Of a DNA stretch of 64,000 nt, positions 61,095 through 64,000 are shown in pieces; positions within the stretch are counted from its first letter, which is position 1, and each line of letters begins with the position of its first letter. This DNA is from Eubacteriales bacterium. Its GTDB lineage: Bacteria > Bacillota > Clostridia > Peptostreptococcales > Anaerovoracaceae. A program made the translations under genes and the position numbers. Under the pieces are notes generated by a model. It searched no databases. It was not told where the DNA came from and saw only the letters and a program-made list of their open reading frames with translations. Location of the stretch: positions 1,083-65,082 of the forward strand of contig JBAWWY010000007.1 of assembly GCA_037144355.1 (NCBI GenBank), written 5' to 3'.

Positions 61095-63242
61095 ATGAAA
61101 AAGTGCAAGAAAGCAATGGTCTTTTTCGCAATGCTATGCATGCTCTTCAGCCTGATGCCAAGCATGGCTTTTGCAGAAGACCCTCCTCAGGTTGCTAGTC
61201 CCCAGGACTGGCCGATTTATGACCCAACGCAGGAAGTCTTCCCTGGTGAAGATACCTTATATCAGGAAATGATCTTGAATCCAAAGTTGATTGATAATTG
61301 GGTTACGATATTCAACATGCATCCTCTGGTTTTTGGATCAACCACAATTCCTCTCGACCCAGTAGCCTGCAAGACCAACCTGCGTTATGCTTCAAAACCC
61401 CAAGATGCTCTCGCATACTTCGGTTCAACAGATGAAAATATTTTTCCCTTAGATAAAACCGGCACTACTTACTACACATTTACCGGAACTGAGGATTTAA
61501 GTGCAAATACGGCTTATAGAAACATACTTGTTTTTTATGACTTTAAGGTTGAAATGCTTCCTGATGACTTTAAAACGTCCACTGAAGGCATCAAAATAGG
61601 AGACCCAATCCCAGAAGGTGTAATCGTAGCGTACAATGCCGGTGATACATCAAGGTCAACATTCACAAATCCAAATCTTGATCCGGTAACTATTTCAAAA
61701 GCATACAGTTACGAGAAAAGCCAAGAGGTCAAGCACGAGACCAGCACAAAATTCTCGGATAGTTTCTCTATATCCACAGCATTGACAATTAACTTCCCAT
61801 TAGGTGCCGGTTCCGTACAAACAACATTTGGCTGGAACTGGGGCAGGGAAAATTCCTGGACAGATTCAACCTCAAATGTAAGCAGGCAAAATGTCACAGA
61901 CACCATCAGCGTTCCTCTACCTGCCAATACCTCTGTAATAATTGAACAGCAGGCTTCAGATGTTAGTGTAGCTGTACCTTATGAGGGAAAAGCAAGGATT
62001 ACCTACAAGGTAAAAAACATACACCAGATAAAATGGATTTTCGTTCCTACTCCATATACTGAAATTGCTTCATTTGGAGACTCAATCCAAGCCATTTCAG
62101 ATTTGAAACATCGTGTGGAAGAAAGGAACATTGATGGACATGACCCTGACAACATTGATTGGAATACTGTTTTGGGAGTAACATCCCAGCCGGCAATCGG
62201 CACACTAGTTCCTATCGATAATCCATCTGAAGATCAAACCGCAAGACTTGAAGCTTTCAATTCCTTGACCCAATCACAGCCCTATACTCCTCTAGGTGGT
62301 ACATTTACATATAAGATTACAGGAAATAACATCACACCATTTCCAGTTGAGCCACTTTATAACCTTGACCGTATAGTACCCAGCATTTCCAATATAGCCA
62401 TGAAGAGCAGCGATTCTTACTATTTGAAGGATATCAGCTTGCAGGCGTTGAACCGCTACAACGTGCCCTATTATGGGTTCAATTCAAGAACTGAGGGTGC
62501 TTGGGAAGTTGTAAAGGTTGAATCTGCTCAGGATGGTTCTTACACGACCAGCCCTGACAACACAATCGCTACATTGAAGGATAGTATTAACGGCAAAATG
62601 CTCGTTCCAGTAAAAGCTGGTACCACTTACATTCAATACATCACCAAAGCCATGAGTAATGTTGAAACCACCCTAAACGATACAGATAATATCGGGTATA
62701 TAAAAAGCCAGCCCGTCAAAGTAGTAATTTCAGAATCAGGTACTCCAAATAATGGAGGCGGCGGCGGCGGAGGTGGCGGCGGCTCTTCAATAGTAATTCC
62801 TGAGGTTCAAGTACCTGCTGCCACGGCAATAATCCCAAGAGAACTTCGATTCAATATTGGTCAAATAAATTCTTATTTCGTTCCTGAATCCGGAGTTGAG
62901 GAAATGATGTTGATGGATGCAGCTCCCATGCTTTATATGGGCAGGACCTTGTTGCCCATTAAGTTTCTTGTTGAACCTTTAGGTGGAACTGTTGCCTGGG
63001 ATCAACCATCAAAAAAGATTACAATTACTCAAGGTACCAATACAATTGAAATCTGGATTGGCAACAATATTGCAAAAGTAAATGGCGCATCCGTTTTGAT
63101 CGATTCAGATAATTTAAAAATCTCTCCAATTATTGTATCACCAGGTAGGGCAATGTTGCCCTTACGCTTCATTGCAGAAACCTTGGGATATAATGTAACT
63201 TGGAATCAAGAATTAAAACAGGTTGTTGTATCTCCTAAATAA
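61095..63242 (+). CDS. Secreted/cell-surface protein: signal peptide, central domain with an aerolysin/ETX-MTX2-like amphipathic beta-hairpin, poly-Gly linker, C-terminal copper-amine-oxidase-N-like domain
   Basis: Start MKKCKKAMVFFAMLCMLFSLMPSMAFA follows RBS aggagg. SFSISTALTINFPLGAGSVQTTFGWNW shows alternating polarity flanked by Ser/Thr-rich stretches. A G10 linker follows. The C-terminus has GRTLLPIKFLVEPLGGTVAWDQ...GRAMLPLRFIAETLGYNVTWNQ. Confidence 0.6.
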   Translation: MKKCKKAMVFFAMLCMLFSLMPSMAFAEDPPQVASPQDWPIYDPTQEVFPGEDTLYQEMILNPKLIDNWVTIFNMHPLVFGSTTIPLDPVACKTNLRYASKPQDALAYFGSTDENIFPLDKTGTTYYTFTGTEDLSANTAYRNILVFYDFKVEMLPDDFKTSTEGIKIGDPIPEGVIVAYNAGDTSRSTFTNPNLDPVTISKAYSYEKSQEVKHETSTKFSDSFSISTALTINFPLGAGSVQTTFGWNWGRENSWTDSTSNVSRQNVTDTISVPLPANTSVIIEQQASDVSVAVPYEGKARITYKVKNIHQIKWIFVPTPYTEIASFGDSIQAISDLKHRVEERNIDGHDPDNIDWNTVLGVTSQPAIGTLVPIDNPSEDQTARLEAFNSLTQSQPYTPLGGTFTYKITGNNITPFPVEPLYNLDRIVPSISNIAMKSSDSYYLKDISLQALNRYNVPYYGFNSRTEGAWEVVKVESAQDGSYTTSPDNTIATLKDSINGKMLVPVKAGTTYIQYITKAMSNVETTLNDTDNIGYIKSQPVKVVISESGTPNNGGGGGGGGGGSSIVIPEVQVPAATAIIPRELRFNIGQINSYFVPESGVEEMMLMDAAPMLYMGRTLLPIKFLVEPLGGTVAWDQPSKKITITQGTNTIEIWIGNNIAKVNGASVLIDSDNLKISPIIVSPGRAMLPLRFIAETLGYNVTWNQELKQVVVSPK

Positions 63243-63335
63243 TAACTAATGTTCATTCAATGATGAAATGCGATACCTTTTCCAACGATTTGTATTTTAA
63301 CTGGAATAGATAACCATGAGTCTTGCAAGGTAAAA

Positions 63336-63376
63336 GAAAAAGGGGCTTTCTCAACTTGAAAAAGTCCCCTTTTTTG
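63336..63376. terminator. Bidirectional terminator between the convergent genes 61095-63242 and 63418-63987
   Basis: AAAAAGGGGCTTT-loop-AAAGTCCCCTTTTTT. Confidence 0.7.
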
Positions 63377-63417
63377 TTAGTGGATTTGAAGCTTTTATAT
63401 TAGCTTCCAACAGATGT

Positions 63418-63987
63418 TTAAATTTTAGTTTTCTTTTTAATTTTTCTTATAAAAACATATATTATTGAAAGTGCAATCGTTATAAACATAATACATGCTA
63501 GCCATGCCAGAAATATCAGCCCACCTAGTTTATCGATAAGTTTTTCAGTTTCGCTTAAAGATTTGGCGGCTACAACATATCCATTTTCATATTTAATTGC
63601 AACCGATGCAAATCTAAGGCCGTCTTGAGGCTGCCATGTTACTCTGGACTCATTATTTTTATCAACATACTCCAAAACTCCTTTGGGATATGATGGTTTA
63701 ACGTTATCAAGGATTCCTGATGATTCAACAATGTTTTTATTTCTATCAAATATCATCACAAAAGTATTCAATCCTTTTGACACATCCATTTTTTCCTTTG
63801 GAATTATCAAGTCTATACTTTTACCATTTTGAAGTTCAGTTGATGCTTCAATTGCGAATTGAGCTGGTAGTTCATTGGCTCCAAGCCTTAATGTTTGCTG
63901 GGCAACAATATAAACAAGTATGCAATTAAATGTCACAATAAAAATCATCATTACCCAAATGGCAATTATCTTTTTTCTATTATTCAA
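63418..63987 (-). CDS. Hypothetical bitopic membrane protein (N- and C-terminal TM helices)
   Basis: 189 aa with an apparent TTG start after ggaggt. No family recognised. Confidence 0.4.
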   Translation of the reverse strand: MNNRKKIIAIWVMMIFIVTFNCILVYIVAQQTLRLGANELPAQFAIEASTELQNGKSIDLIIPKEKMDVSKGLNTFVMIFDRNKNIVESSGILDNVKPSYPKGVLEYVDKNNESRVTWQPQDGLRFASVAIKYENGYVVAAKSLSETEKLIDKLGGLIFLAWLACIMFITIALSIIYVFIRKIKKKTKI

Positions 63988-64000
63988 AAGACATACCTCC

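Noticed and set aside
1-64000. Searched by eye for CRISPR arrays, rRNA/tRNA genes (including pylT), prophage or integrase genes, and selenocysteine (in-frame TGA) genes.
   Set aside because: No regularly spaced direct repeats, no tRNA-like cloverleaf regions in the intergenic gaps, no integrase or phage structural genes, and no pair of same-frame ORFs split by TGA were found. The only TGA junction, at 60190, involves a frame change. tRNAscan/ARAGORN would be needed to exclude a tRNA definitively.

Overview
By eye this is a low-GC, anaerobic Firmicute-like (Clostridia/Halanaerobiales-type) chromosomal segment. It is densely coding and almost entirely transcribed on the minus strand. No rRNA, tRNA or CRISPR array was recognised.

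Main blocks:
1. Start of window: an amino-acid permease fragment, then a DAHP synthase gene preceded by a T-box leader.
2. About 2.6-18.5 kb, molybdoenzyme island: a D. gigas Mop-type fused 2Fe-2S/Mo aldehyde oxidoreductase, a MoeA-like protein and an HgdC/BcrAD-type activase. These are followed by an 11-gene, tightly packed accessory operon. It encodes a GltD/HdrD-like chimeric oxidoreductase, YedF, DUF3343, a cysteine desulfurase, two small proteins, a PaaK-like adenylating enzyme, a methyltransferase, a radical SAM enzyme, XdhC, and a MobA-like NTP-transferase/HD/histidine-phosphatase fusion. I regard this as the best candidate for an uncharacterised cofactor maturation or modification system.
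3. A flavoprotein, a NifX-like protein, a TylF-type methyltransferase and a YedF-half paralogue.
4. Two paralogous modules, each a sigma-54 activator plus an amidohydrolase. Each is associated with a textbook -24/-12 promoter driving different cargo. One drives a TudS-like protein, an ECF S-component and a 2-hydroxyacyl-CoA-dehydratase/double-cubane-like protein. The other drives an APC permease and an Fe-alcohol dehydrogenase.
5. modABC with a divergent HTH-TOBE regulator.
6. A ~9 kb gas-vesicle cluster: gvpA, N, O, F/L x3, G, K and J/S-like genes. It also contains a CDC48-type double-AAA ATPase, an Hsp20, and a protein built of 33-residue repeats directly downstream of gvpA (GvpC-like architecture). 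A degenerate transposase-derived HTH protein is expressed from a consensus promoter placed back-to-back with the gvpA promoter.
7. A dimethylamine methyltransferase gene (mtbB) interrupted by an in-frame UAG, implying pyrrolysine. The ORF track splits it into two ORFs. A corrinoid protein gene is translationally coupled to it.
8. A large PAS/GGDEF/HD-GYP signalling protein.
9. Cell-surface proteins: a frameshifted SLH/FN3 gene, and a secreted protein with a beta-pore-former-like hairpin. The second is preceded by a structured leader with an intrinsic terminator (riboswitch candidate).

All family assignments come from reading the translations by eye. No database search was possible.
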